Assembly (NCBI GenBank): GCA_963771255.1
Contig: CAVYSO010000002.1
Span: forward strand, 908,823 to 972,822
DNA: 64,000 bases
Source: an uncultured Solirubrobacteraceae bacterium
GTDB taxonomy: Bacteria; Actinomycetota; Thermoleophilia; Solirubrobacterales; Solirubrobacteraceae
Direction of reading: 5' to 3'
Shown: piece after piece, positions 1 through 9,050 of the stretch
How positions within the stretch are numbered: position 1 is the stretch's first letter
Layout of the letters: the number at the start of each line of letters is the position of its first letter
The notes under the pieces: generated by a model
The model's input: only the letters and a program-made list of their open reading frames with translations
Told to the model about the DNA's origin: nothing
Database searches by the model: none
Translations under genes and position numbers: made by a program

Positions 1-1
1 C

Positions 2-325
2 TTGCTCAGTGGTCCATTCGAAGGGTTCGCGCGAGCGCGGAGAGAAGCTGCCCGCTTCGCCGGTGGGCTTTGCGTGCGGTCCCATCTGCGCCTGCAGATC
101 GGTGGCGAGCTTGCCCTGGAAGCGGTAGCGCAGGGCGGAGATCGCGAAGGCCGGGCCGTGCGGCACGCGCCCTTGCGCGAGTGTGTCGATGCCTCCCGGC
201 AGAAAGTGGAATCGCTGATCAGCGCTCGCGGCGGCTGGCCGCGTTCTGGGCGCTCGCGAGCTGGCGCAGCCAGCGGCGAGCACGAGCAGCGATGCGACCA
301 CGGCCAGACACCCGAGACGCTTCAT
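2..325 (-). CDS. Predicted lipoprotein, partial (runs off window start)
   Basis: Manual translation of the minus strand: MKRLGCLAVVASLLVLAAG|CASSRAP..., a signal peptide with lipobox LAAGC; open to the window edge and not in the ORF track. Confidence 0.65.
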   Translation of the reverse strand, partial: MKRLGCLAVVASLLVLAAGCASSRAPRTRPAAASADQRFHFLPGGIDTLAQGRVPHGPAFAISALRYRFQGKLATDLQAQMGPHAKPTGEAGSFSPRSREPFEWTTEQ

Positions 326-341
326 CGCGCCGGATCGTGAG

Positions 342-415
342 GGTGAGCGACGGGACTTGAACCCGCGACCGCCTGGACCACAACCAGGAGCTCTACCAAC
401 TGAGCTACGCCCACC
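342..415 (-). tRNA. tRNA-His(GUG), with G-1; CCA not encoded
   Basis: Reverse complement GGTGGGCGTAGCTCAGTTGGTAGAGC...CCTGG-TTGTGGT-CCAGG...GGTTCAAGTCC; cloverleaf with anticodon GTG. Confidence 0.95.
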
Positions 416-443
416 ACGGAAACCGCAGTCTAGCGCCGCGGAG

Positions 444-1121
444 TCAGCTCTTGCGGGCGATCAGGGCCTGCTCTTGCCCACCACCGGCCCAGGTCTCGAC
501 GGACGCGAGGATCATCTCCTGCGGCCGTGGCACGAGGGCCACCCCATCCTGCCGAGCGACCTGCAGCACAACCAGCCCGCGCCGCAGCAGCGAGCCGACG
601 GCGCGCTCCCCGAGCGCAAGCGCGTCGGCGGCCGAAGCAGCCCCGCCCCGCTCGCCAAGGCGCTCCTGCGCCATCAGCCACACGCGAGCAGGCGCGACGG
701 TGTCGTCGTCGAGCAGCGCAAGAACCTCGAGCGCAAGCGAGTCGGCGAGCAGGTCGAGGTCGCGGGCATCGTCTCCACCCCCGGGTGCACCGCGCGCGGC
801 CTCACCCGGCTGAACACTCGCAACGGTCTGCGCCCCCTGCTCATCGCCCCCGCCCTGCTGCACGGCGCCGAGCACGCGCTCGGTCACGTCCTTGCCCCGC
901 TTCTGGGCATTACGCCAGCCTTTGCCCATGGCGAGGTCGGGCATCGACAGCTTGGGTCCCTCGAGGATCGTGAGCGTGGCTTCGTTGACATTCCACTTGC
1001 GTTCGCCCTCCTCGATCCATTCCTGACGCGTCCAGGGAATGACGAGCGCGCGTAGTTGCTCCTCGGACTGGTTGAAGCGACAGACGACGTGCGGGAACTT
1101 GCGCAGCTCGAGGTGGTACAT
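444..1121 (-). CDS. Hypothetical protein
   Basis: ORF from MYHLELRKFPH with natural composition and GC3 bias. Confidence 0.7.
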   Translation of the reverse strand: MYHLELRKFPHVVCRFNQSEEQLRALVIPWTRQEWIEEGERKWNVNEATLTILEGPKLSMPDLAMGKGWRNAQKRGKDVTERVLGAVQQGGGDEQGAQTVASVQPGEAARGAPGGGDDARDLDLLADSLALEVLALLDDDTVAPARVWLMAQERLGERGGAASAADALALGERAVGSLLRRGLVVLQVARQDGVALVPRPQEMILASVETWAGGGQEQALIARKS

Positions 1122-1184
1122 GCGCGTAAGGCTCGCACGTCGGGCGCAGCGAGGCGTCAACTGCCGCGCAAGCGTGCGCTTCGC

Positions 1185-2435
1185 TCAGTGCGGGCGCCGC
1201 GCCTGCCAGGCGTCGACCATCGCGATCCGCTGCACGATCGTCGGGTGATCCTCGTAGAGCACGTAAGACCAGGTCGGTGGGTCTGGGTTGGCGAGGCTGG
1301 CTTTGGCGAGCTTCTTGAACAGCGAGCGCGCGGCGGCTGGATCGTGGGTGGCGTTCAGCGCCGACCAGTCGGCCTCGGCCTCGTCGCGCCGGGAGACGAT
1401 GTTCATCAAGGGCGCGGTCAGCAGCTGCAAGGCGACGAACACGAACAGCGCGACGGGCACGGCCTCGGGCCGGGCCAGTCCGCCGCGCCGGCGCGTGAAC
1501 AGCGCGACGAGTGCGGCGGCGGGCAGCAGGAACAGCACGAGCCAGCCGACGCGCTTGAGCGTGTGGCGATGGGCTAGGTGGCCGAGCTCGTGCGCGACGA
1601 CGACGTCTACTTCGCGACGATCGAATCGCCCGTCGAGCAATGTGTCCCAGAGGATCACGCGGCGCGTGGAGTCAAAGCCGACGGACTCGGCGTTGGGGGC
1701 GGTCGTCTGGCGCTTGACGTCCTGCACGTCTGCACGGGTGCCGGGGATTCCCTCGGCGCGCGCGAGGCGGCGCACGTCGGCGGCCGTCGGTTCGCGCTGA
1801 AGCGGGTGCGTGTTGGGGATCAGGTAGACGCTGAGGAAGGTCGAGAGCAGGGCGAGGCCGGCAAAGATCGGGGCGGCCACAGCCCACCACCAGCGCCGCA
1901 GCACGCCGGCGATGGCCATCGTCACGAGCAGCGCGAGCGAGACGAACAGGAAGGTCCCGCCGAGCGAGAGGAAGCTCGAGAGCAGCGAGGCGAGATATCC
2001 CTGATGGGAGATCCCGTGGCGTCGCTCCCACCAGACGGCGGCGAGGCTGAAGGGCACCTCGGCAAGCCACAGCACGGCGAAGCCGAGCATCCCGAGCATC
2101 ATCCCCGTGCCAATCCGTCCGGCGGCGGACTCACGCATCAGCCGATGCCCGTAGCGCGCGTACAGCGCGAGCACGACGAGCAGCGTGACGTCGGCGAGCA
2201 CGACGTCGATGTCGAGGAAACGTTCGAAGGAGGCGCTGCGGCGCAAGAAGGATGGCGAGAAGAGGCTGCGCGCGTCGACGTGCCCCAGCTGCAGCGAGGC
2301 GGGCACGCTCGAGTCCCACAGCGCATGCGCGACCACCACCCAGGCGAGGACGAGCGCGACAAACGCGCCGAGCGCCGCGGCCGAACGTACGGGCCGCGCG
2401 GCGAGGCTCCCCCATGCCGCGCGAGCGCTCGGCAC
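1185..2435 (-). CDS. M48 family (Ste24/HtpX-like) membrane zinc metalloprotease
   Basis: HELGH zinc motif, PNA motif, E-x-x-A-D, C-terminal HP..QRI, multiple TM helices. Confidence 0.9.
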   Translation of the reverse strand: MPSARAAWGSLAARPVRSAAALGAFVALVLAWVVVAHALWDSSVPASLQLGHVDARSLFSPSFLRRSASFERFLDIDVVLADVTLLVVLALYARYGHRLMRESAAGRIGTGMMLGMLGFAVLWLAEVPFSLAAVWWERRHGISHQGYLASLLSSFLSLGGTFLFVSLALLVTMAIAGVLRRWWWAVAAPIFAGLALLSTFLSVYLIPNTHPLQREPTAADVRRLARAEGIPGTRADVQDVKRQTTAPNAESVGFDSTRRVILWDTLLDGRFDRREVDVVVAHELGHLAHRHTLKRVGWLVLFLLPAAALVALFTRRRGGLARPEAVPVALFVFVALQLLTAPLMNIVSRRDEAEADWSALNATHDPAAARSLFKKLAKASLANPDPPTWSYVLYEDHPTIVQRIAMVDAWQARRPH

Positions 2436-2440
2436 GGGCC

Positions 2441-3745
2441 TCAGCTCAGGCCGACGTCGGGGAGCGCGCTCGCGGGAGCGTCGAGCAAGACAGGGGCATC
2501 AGGCGCGTCGGGACGATCGGCCGAGCCCCCACTGAGTGCGGGTCCGCTGTAGGGGTAAGCGTCGGTCAGCAGCAGCAGATAGCCGTGGGTCTGTGCCTGA
2601 TAGCGCAGCGCTAGTGCGCCGGCGTTGCGCAGCCCCTCTGGCATGCGACCGCGCGCGAGCGCGCTGAACCAGCCGAGCAGCGCGACGATGTTGGCGAGCG
2701 CGCTGTAGACGCCGGTGAGGATCAGGGCGGGGACGGCGAGCACGATGCGAAAGCCCGTCTTCCAGCGATTCTGGCGCTCGCGCGGCGCGACGGCGATTTC
2801 GAACGGGTAGCTGCCCGCCTGGCCGACGAATCCGGGGAAGGGGTTGGCGATCAGATAGAGGAACGAGTAGACGTGATTGGCGTAGCGCAGGTAGGCGGCG
2901 AGGAAGCGGTGCAGCCACTGCGGCGATCGTCCTGCGAGCAGCGTGGCGAACCAGTTGAGCACGGCGCAGGCGAGCACGACGATCCCCCACAGCGTGAGCC
3001 AGATCAGATGCGGCAATGCGAGCAGACCGCGGAAGAACACGGTCAGACGCGAGCGGCGCAGATCGTCGGACAGCTCGAGCTGAATCGGGTCGCTACGCAC
3101 GGGCAGGTCGGGGACGGCGGCGATCGGGTCGCTGTTGGGGTAGCGATCGGTCAGCAGGAACGCGTAGGCCCAGAACTGCGCGCCATAGGACAGCGAATAG
3201 GCGGCGGCGTCGCGCAACCCGCGCGGCATGCGTCCTCGCGCGAGACTCGCGAACCAGCCGAGGAAGGCGGCGACATGCAACAGCCCGAGGTTGACGGTGT
3301 AGTTGGCGTTCCGTGCGCCGCTGTTGCTGCCGACGGGGGTCCCAGCGAGCGCGACGAACACCAGCAGCGAAGGCAGGAAGAGCAGTCCGCGTAGCGCGAC
3401 GCTCCACCTACTCTGCTGTGCGGGCGCCGCGATCAGGAGATCGACGGGGTAGCCGTCTCGTCCTTTGAACGACGGGTAGGGGTTGGCGGCGAGGTGGTAG
3501 TAGCCGTAGAACTGCGTGGCGTATTTGACGTAGGCCGCCAGAAAGCGGTGCAGCGAGGCGGGCGAGCGGCCGGCGAGCAGTGTGGCGACCCAGTTGACGA
3601 TGGCAGCGAGCAGCGCGACGGTCCCCCAGAGCGCAAGCCAGAGGAAGTGTGGGATGGCGAGAACGACGCGGAAGAAGACGGTGAGGCGGTCGCGCTCGAG
3701 ATCGTCGTCGAGCAGCAGGCGTACTGGATGCTCGGACACGCCCAC
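2441..3745 (-). CDS. DUF4389 membrane protein with four repeats (internal duplication)
   Basis: RLTVFFR..LA(I/L)PH and L(L)TD.YP motifs each occur twice, giving an ABAB layout. Confidence 0.8.
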   Translation of the reverse strand: MGVSEHPVRLLLDDDLERDRLTVFFRVVLAIPHFLWLALWGTVALLAAIVNWVATLLAGRSPASLHRFLAAYVKYATQFYGYYHLAANPYPSFKGRDGYPVDLLIAAPAQQSRWSVALRGLLFLPSLLVFVALAGTPVGSNSGARNANYTVNLGLLHVAAFLGWFASLARGRMPRGLRDAAAYSLSYGAQFWAYAFLLTDRYPNSDPIAAVPDLPVRSDPIQLELSDDLRRSRLTVFFRGLLALPHLIWLTLWGIVVLACAVLNWFATLLAGRSPQWLHRFLAAYLRYANHVYSFLYLIANPFPGFVGQAGSYPFEIAVAPRERQNRWKTGFRIVLAVPALILTGVYSALANIVALLGWFSALARGRMPEGLRNAGALALRYQAQTHGYLLLLTDAYPYSGPALSGGSADRPDAPDAPVLLDAPASALPDVGLS

Positions 3746-3754
3746 CTGATCGGC

Positions 3755-4642
3755 TCAGCCGCTGACGGCCTTGACCGTTGAGCCGAGCCGCTCGCGCATC
3801 ACGCGCACGGCCTCGGGGTTGGAGTCGATCAGCACGTAGCGCCGGTCGAGCTTGGCGGCGACGGCTCCGAGTGTGCCGCTGCCGGCGAAGAAGTCAAGAC
3901 ACCAGTCGCCGGGCCGTGAGGAGGCGTTGACGATGCGCCGCACAATGCCCTCGGGCTTCTGCGTGGGGTAGCCGGTCTTCTCGGCGCCGTTGGTGGGAAC
4001 GATCGTGTGCCACCAGACGTCCGTCGGCAGCTTGCCGCGGGCGGCCTTCTCGGCGCTGACCAGCCCGGGCGCCATGTATGGCTCGCGGTCGACCTCGGCT
4101 GAGTCGAAGTAGTAGGCGGCGGGGTCCTTGACGTAGACGAGGATCGTGTCGTGCTTGGCCGGCCAGCGGCGCTTGGCGCGGGCGCCGTAGTCATAGGCCC
4201 AGATCAGCTCGTTGAGGAAGCACTCGCGGCCGAAGATCTCATCGAGCAGCAGCTTGCAGTGATGCGCCTCGCGGTAGTCGATATGGAAGTAAAAGGTGCC
4301 GTCCTCGCGCAGCAGCCTGTGCGCGTGCTCGAGGCGCGGGGCGAGGAAGCCGAGGTAGTCGTCGAAGGCGTCGCCGTAGGAGGACTCGGCGAGCAGCCGC
4401 GTGCGATAGCGCCGCCCCTGAAAGCCGGCCCGCTCGCCTTGCTCATCACCAACAACAGACAGCGTTTTGCGCACTTGCGCGCGCCCGGTGTTGAACGGCG
4501 GGTCGATGTAGATCAGCTGAAAGCACCCGTCGGCGAACGACGGCAGCAGCTGCAGGTTCTCGCCGAGCAGGATCTGATCGGTCTGGGGTTCCTCTCCAGG
4601 GCGCACCGAGCGAGAGCCTACGCCTGGCCGCCGATGGAGCAA
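3755..4642 (-). CDS. Site-specific DNA methyltransferase (N6-adenine/N4-cytosine, beta class), orphan
   Basis: IYIDPPF catalytic motif precedes YPTQKP and LDFFAGSGT SAM-binding motif; start uncertain. Confidence 0.9.
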   Translation of the reverse strand: MLHRRPGVGSRSVRPGEEPQTDQILLGENLQLLPSFADGCFQLIYIDPPFNTGRAQVRKTLSVVGDEQGERAGFQGRRYRTRLLAESSYGDAFDDYLGFLAPRLEHAHRLLREDGTFYFHIDYREAHHCKLLLDEIFGRECFLNELIWAYDYGARAKRRWPAKHDTILVYVKDPAAYYFDSAEVDREPYMAPGLVSAEKAARGKLPTDVWWHTIVPTNGAEKTGYPTQKPEGIVRRIVNASSRPGDWCLDFFAGSGTLGAVAAKLDRRYVLIDSNPEAVRVMRERLGSTVKAVSG

Positions 4643-4711
4643 TCGCTTCAGGCGGGTTCTCTTTTTATTAATTAATGGAAGAGACGACGGCGTCGTGCAA
4701 TCAGGCGGTGC

Positions 4712-7177
4712 TCAACGACGGACGAGCTCGATCCATTCGACGGGCTCGGCACAGAGGTCGCTCGGCGAGGCTCCGGCGGGGAGCTCTCTCAGCACTCGAG
4801 CGGGTGCGCCTGCACGGGTGAGGAAGGCGGCGTCGAGCACGGCCGCGCCGCCGTTGCCCGGTGCGAGGCTGAAGCCGGCGCGGGCGACGCTCAGGTGGTG
4901 TTTGCCGGCGGACAGTCGCACACGCACGGGCGTGGCCGTGTCGGGGACGAGCGAGTTGCCGGCGAGCTGGCCGGAGAACGTGGCGAGCGGACGGCCGTCG
5001 ATGCCGACGCGAATGTCGGGCATGAACTGCCCCTGCAGCCACAGCTCCCACATGCCGGCGCGCGGCAGGCTGAAGCGCAGCGACACGGCCCCGGCGCGCC
5101 GCATCGTAAGGGCACCGTGCGAGTGCCCCCAGCCAGGTGGCCGGTGTCCTTGTCTCAGGCGGACGCGCACGAGCTCCGGTGCGAGCGCGGCGACGGTGCG
5201 GGCATGGTTGGTCTGCGCGATCCGCGCGAGTCGCTTCACGCGCGCGCACGACAACGAGCGCTTGCGTTCGCCGGCCGGGGCGTGCACGAGCGCCGGGCGG
5301 GCGCCCGCGCGCCGCGCCCACACCTCGTAGTAGGTGCCCTGCCAGGCGAGCGCATAGGCGGCGGGCGGCGATGCGGCGCTTGGATCGTGTCGCGTGACGA
5401 TCAACGGGAAGCGACTCAGCGCTCCGGGCGCGGCGCGATCGAGTTCGACGGGATACCCGTAGGCGACGGCCAGCCCCCCGGCCGCGGCGCGCGGCGGATA
5501 GACGAAGTCGGGCCCACTGAGGTCGAGCCGGCGCAGCACGTACATCGAGTATTCGTCGAAGTCCGTGAACAGCGTCGGCCCGCGCCCGGCAAAGCGCTTG
5601 CCGAGGGCCGCGAGCTCTTCGTAGCGTGCTGTCGGGGCGAGGTTCGAGCTGTGGTACTGGGCGAGGTCCGAGGCGAGCGCGCCGCCGGCGAGCGCCAGTG
5701 CGAGCAGCGCGGCGGCAAGCCCCGCGAGCGGAGTCCCGCGCGAGCGGCGTACACCGCGCTCCGTCCCGACGACTGCACGGCGATCAGGCCGAGTGCCGAG
5801 CAGCGCGGCCACGCCGCCCCAGGCCAGCAGCACGAGCACGGGAGACGTGAGCACGAGCGCCTTGGCGTCGACCCAGGTCGTGGCCGTGCTGCTGAGCACG
5901 ATCCACACGAGCAGCGTCAGCGCGATCCAGCCGGCCAGCGCGAAACGGCGCAGGCGCAGCAACTGCAGCGCGCCGAGCAGGCAGGCGGCGAGCGTGACGC
6001 CGACCAAGGCATACGTGGCGAGCGCGGCAGCACCGGTCGGTTCCTCCTTGTAGCTGCCGCGCAGCCAGACGCCGAACGCCTGGGTCCATTTGAGCGGCTC
6101 GTGCAGGTTGCCGGGGTTGGCCGTCGAGGAGATGCTCTGCGCGACGTGCAGCGACTGCGAGATGTGCCGCCACGTCGGCCACGCCGCGAGCAGCAGCACG
6201 AGGCCGCCGGCGGCAGCGCTTGCCCAGGCGACTCGCGACCCAATCCGCCCGCCGCGCGCACCCTGCACGAGCGCCCCGAGCAGCACGGCACCGGCGGCGA
6301 GTGCCCACGCGCCGAAGCCGACGCCGAGCGCCGAGACGCCGGCGGCGAGCACGAGCGCGCACGGGATCGAGCGGCGCGGCGAGCGTGCGAGCCAGCGGCG
6401 GTGCCCGGCGAGCAGGGCGCCGAGCGTGAGCAGCATGAGCACGGCGGCGAGCTCCTTGACCGAGCCGATCAGCTCGTAGCCGTAGACGATCGCGGGGATG
6501 CTCGCCGCGAAAGCCGCGAGCGCGGCCCAACCCCCACGCAGCCCACAGCGGCGGGCGATCACCCAGGCGGGTCCCGAGCCGAGCGCGAGCACGAAGCCGC
6601 AGAACGGCTGGAAGGCCCAGATCAGGGGCAGCCGGAGCAGCAGCGCGCTGCCGCCGAAGAGCGTGTCGGCGCCGGAGGGGTAGCCGGTGCCGTAGTAGGC
6701 CTCGATGAACTGGCCGTAGGAGCTCTGCAGGTCGAGATGGCCGTAGCTCTGACCATGTTGGATCAAGTAGTCGGCGCCGATCATGTGCACGGCCGAGTCC
6801 GACAGCGCCATGAACGACGAGAACCCGGCGCGCCCGGAGAGCAGCACGGGCGCGAGCGCGAGCAGGTAGGCGAGCAGCGGTACGAGCAGTACCCAGCGCC
6901 GCGCGAGCAGGCGAACGAGCAGCTCGCGCCGGGGCGCCAGCGCGAAGCCGAGCAGCGCGAGCGCGAGCATCAGATACGGCGTGGCGGGCGCGAGCACGAC
7001 GATCCACGTGCTCAGCTGCGAGAGCGCGATCAGCGCGGCCGCACCGACGGCCGGCAGCAGCGCCGTCGGCAGGAAGCGACCGCTGCAGCGGTCGACGGCC
7101 AGGCCGGCGCCGAGGCACAGCAGCGCGAGCACGAGCGGATAGGCGAACACCGTGAGCGCGAACAACGGCGCCATCAT
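4712..7177 (-). CDS. Large polytopic membrane protein with C-terminal extracytoplasmic domain (possibly GT-C-like)
   Basis: Many TM segments from MMAPLFALTVF; conserved-looking loop SDSAVH...YPSG; function not assignable. Confidence 0.65.
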   Translation of the reverse strand: MMAPLFALTVFAYPLVLALLCLGAGLAVDRCSGRFLPTALLPAVGAAALIALSQLSTWIVVLAPATPYLMLALALLGFALAPRRELLVRLLARRWVLLVPLLAYLLALAPVLLSGRAGFSSFMALSDSAVHMIGADYLIQHGQSYGHLDLQSSYGQFIEAYYGTGYPSGADTLFGGSALLLRLPLIWAFQPFCGFVLALGSGPAWVIARRCGLRGGWAALAAFAASIPAIVYGYELIGSVKELAAVLMLLTLGALLAGHRRWLARSPRRSIPCALVLAAGVSALGVGFGAWALAAGAVLLGALVQGARGGRIGSRVAWASAAAGGLVLLLAAWPTWRHISQSLHVAQSISSTANPGNLHEPLKWTQAFGVWLRGSYKEEPTGAAALATYALVGVTLAACLLGALQLLRLRRFALAGWIALTLLVWIVLSSTATTWVDAKALVLTSPVLVLLAWGGVAALLGTRPDRRAVVGTERGVRRSRGTPLAGLAAALLALALAGGALASDLAQYHSSNLAPTARYEELAALGKRFAGRGPTLFTDFDEYSMYVLRRLDLSGPDFVYPPRAAAGGLAVAYGYPVELDRAAPGALSRFPLIVTRHDPSAASPPAAYALAWQGTYYEVWARRAGARPALVHAPAGERKRSLSCARVKRLARIAQTNHARTVAALAPELVRVRLRQGHRPPGWGHSHGALTMRRAGAVSLRFSLPRAGMWELWLQGQFMPDIRVGIDGRPLATFSGQLAGNSLVPDTATPVRVRLSAGKHHLSVARAGFSLAPGNGGAAVLDAAFLTRAGAPARVLRELPAGASPSDLCAEPVEWIELVRR

Positions 7178-7406
7178 CCTCGATCGGGCGGGAAAACCTC
7201 GCGGCGCGCCCGGCGTGGTGCCGGACGCGCCGCAAGCGATCCAGGACCGCCCCGCCGCTCTCGACAGCCCCGCGCGGGGGATTGGGGCTGCTTGGCGAGA
7301 GCGGCCGGGATCTGGTCCCGTCCCCATCGAGGCCCCAATGCCGGGGTGTGCGGGGCCTCGTCTGCTTCGTACCCGCTTCGCCGACGGAGAAACCGTAAAG
7401 CGAAAG

Positions 7407-7480
7407 CGCCCCCGGCTGGACTCGAACCAGCAACCCCCGGCTTAGAAGGCCGGTGCTCTATCCAGTTGAGCTACGGGGGC
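7407..7480 (-). tRNA. tRNA-Arg(UCU)
   Basis: Reverse complement GCCCCCGTAGCTCAACTGGATAGAGCA-CCGGC-CTTCTAA-GCCGG...GGTTCGAGTCC; anticodon TCT. Confidence 0.95.
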
Positions 7481-7619
7481 ACGTGACGCGAGGAGCGCTT
7501 GACACGACGCGCCGGAGAAGGCTTCGGCACGCCGTCTAGCGCCCTTTACACACACGCGCGATTGCAATCGTGGCACGAACTTAGGCACGCTTGATCGGAA
7601 ATCTGTAAAAGTTCGGGCC

Positions 7620-8450
7620 ATGAGCACGGTGGAGGATGACGAGCAGGATCTCACGCGCAAGCAGCGGCGCGAGCAGGCGCGCGCGGAGCGCAAGGCAATC
7701 GAGGAAGCCGAAGCGGCCGGCGCACAGCGCCGCAAACGCCTGATCCAACTCGGAGCGGTCGTTGCTGGCGTGGCCGTAATCATCATCGTGATCCTCGTCG
7801 CCACGGGCGGCGGCAGCAAAACCGAATCGATCAAGCCGGCTCCTCCGGGCAAAAAGAACCCGGTTGTTGCCCAGACCGAAAAACTGTTGGGCGGGATCCC
7901 GCAGAACGGAAACACGCTCGGCAGCCCGACGGCCCCGGTCACGTTGCAGTACTTCGGCGACCTCGAGTGCCCGATCTGCCGAGAATTCAGCGAAGGCGCG
8001 CTGAAGCCGCTGATCGAAAAGTACGTGCGGGCGGGCAAGCTGAAGATCGAATACAAGAACCTCGAGACGGCAACGCGCGAACCGGAAACCTTCCGCACGC
8101 AGCAGATCGCGGCGTTGGCGGCGGGCAAGCAGAAGAAGGGCTGGTACTACATCGAGCTCTTCTACCACCAGCAGGGCCAAGAGGACACGGGCTACGTGAC
8201 CGAGAAATACCTGCAGGAACTGGCTAAGCAGGTGCCGGGCTTGAACCTCGCAACATGGACGGCCGACCGCGGCAACGGCGAGTTCACGAACACGATCACG
8301 ACCGATGCGCAGGCGGCGAACAACGCAGCCTTCACGGGCACGCCTTCGTTCCTGCTCGGCAAGACGGGCGGGCAGATGACGAAGCTCGAATACAGCTCGC
8401 TGAAGGACCCGTCTTCGTTCGAATCGGCGATCAACTCGCTGCTGAAGTAG
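7620..8450 (+). CDS. dsbA: Membrane-anchored DsbA-family thiol-disulfide oxidoreductase
   Basis: N-terminal TM helix, GSPTAPVT...D.ECPIC and GTPSF cis-Pro loop. Confidence 0.9.
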   Translation: MSTVEDDEQDLTRKQRREQARAERKAIEEAEAAGAQRRKRLIQLGAVVAGVAVIIIVILVATGGGSKTESIKPAPPGKKNPVVAQTEKLLGGIPQNGNTLGSPTAPVTLQYFGDLECPICREFSEGALKPLIEKYVRAGKLKIEYKNLETATREPETFRTQQIAALAAGKQKKGWYYIELFYHQQGQEDTGYVTEKYLQELAKQVPGLNLATWTADRGNGEFTNTITTDAQAANNAAFTGTPSFLLGKTGGQMTKLEYSSLKDPSSFESAINSLLK

Positions 8451-8463
8451 CGCGGTACGGGCG

Positions 8464-8946
8464 ATGAGCGCACGCACGCTCAGGATCACGATGACCGTCC
8501 TTACGGTGCTCGGCATCGCGCTGGCGAGCTACCTCACGTACATCCACTACGCGGGCATCAAGCCGCTGTGCGGGACCAACGGCGGGGGCTGCGAGATCGT
8601 GCAGACCTCGCAGTACTCGAAGCTCGTCGGCGTGCCGGTCGCGCTGATCGGCCTGCTCGGCTACATCGCGATCCTCGGCTCACTGGTCGTGCCGGAGAGC
8701 GAGACCTCGCGGCTGGCGACGGTCGCCTTCACGGTCGTCGGCTGCGGCTTTAGCGGTTACCTGACCTACCGCGAGCTGTTCTCGATCCACCACATCTGCG
8801 AGTACTGCGTCTCCAGCGCGGTGCTCGTGACGATCCTGATGCTGCTCGCCGTGTGGCGCTTCCTGCGCGGCGATCCCGGTCTGCGCGAGGCCACCGCACG
8901 GTCGGACCTGAGCCCCGACGAAGCCCCCGCCCCACTGGGCACGTAA
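8464..8946 (+). CDS. Vitamin K epoxide reductase (VKOR) family protein, DsbA reoxidant
   Basis: Loop cysteine pair C-x6-C, S.YS..G.P motif and CEYC; directly follows dsbA. Confidence 0.92.
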   Translation: MSARTLRITMTVLTVLGIALASYLTYIHYAGIKPLCGTNGGGCEIVQTSQYSKLVGVPVALIGLLGYIAILGSLVVPESETSRLATVAFTVVGCGFSGYLTYRELFSIHHICEYCVSSAVLVTILMLLAVWRFLRGDPGLREATARSDLSPDEAPAPLGT

Positions 8947-8953
8947 GCCGCAT

Positions 8954-8977
8954 AGAGCCCGAGAACTCGGGCTTTCT
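8954..8977 (+). terminator. Probable intrinsic terminator
   Basis: AGAGCCCGAG-AA-CTCGGGCTTT hairpin just after the VKOR stop. Confidence 0.55.
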
Positions 8978-9050
8978 CGATAGTAAATCCGTCCAGAAAG
9001 GCGGTCGTGGCGCTCGCACGCGCGAGGGACCGCCGACGTGGTGAGCAGGA

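Noticed and set aside
3755-4642. Restriction-modification system
   Set aside because: There is no adjacent endonuclease, Res or specificity subunit gene.
4895-7486. Long alternative-frame ORFs (for example the 863-aa + strand ORF and many similar ones)
   Set aside because: These are shadow ORFs of real genes in high-GC DNA, rich in Arg/Ala/Pro and lacking motifs.
7559-7570. Palindrome CGATTGCAATCG upstream of dsbA as an operator
   Set aside because: It is a single 12-bp occurrence with no cognate regulator nearby, so support is insufficient.
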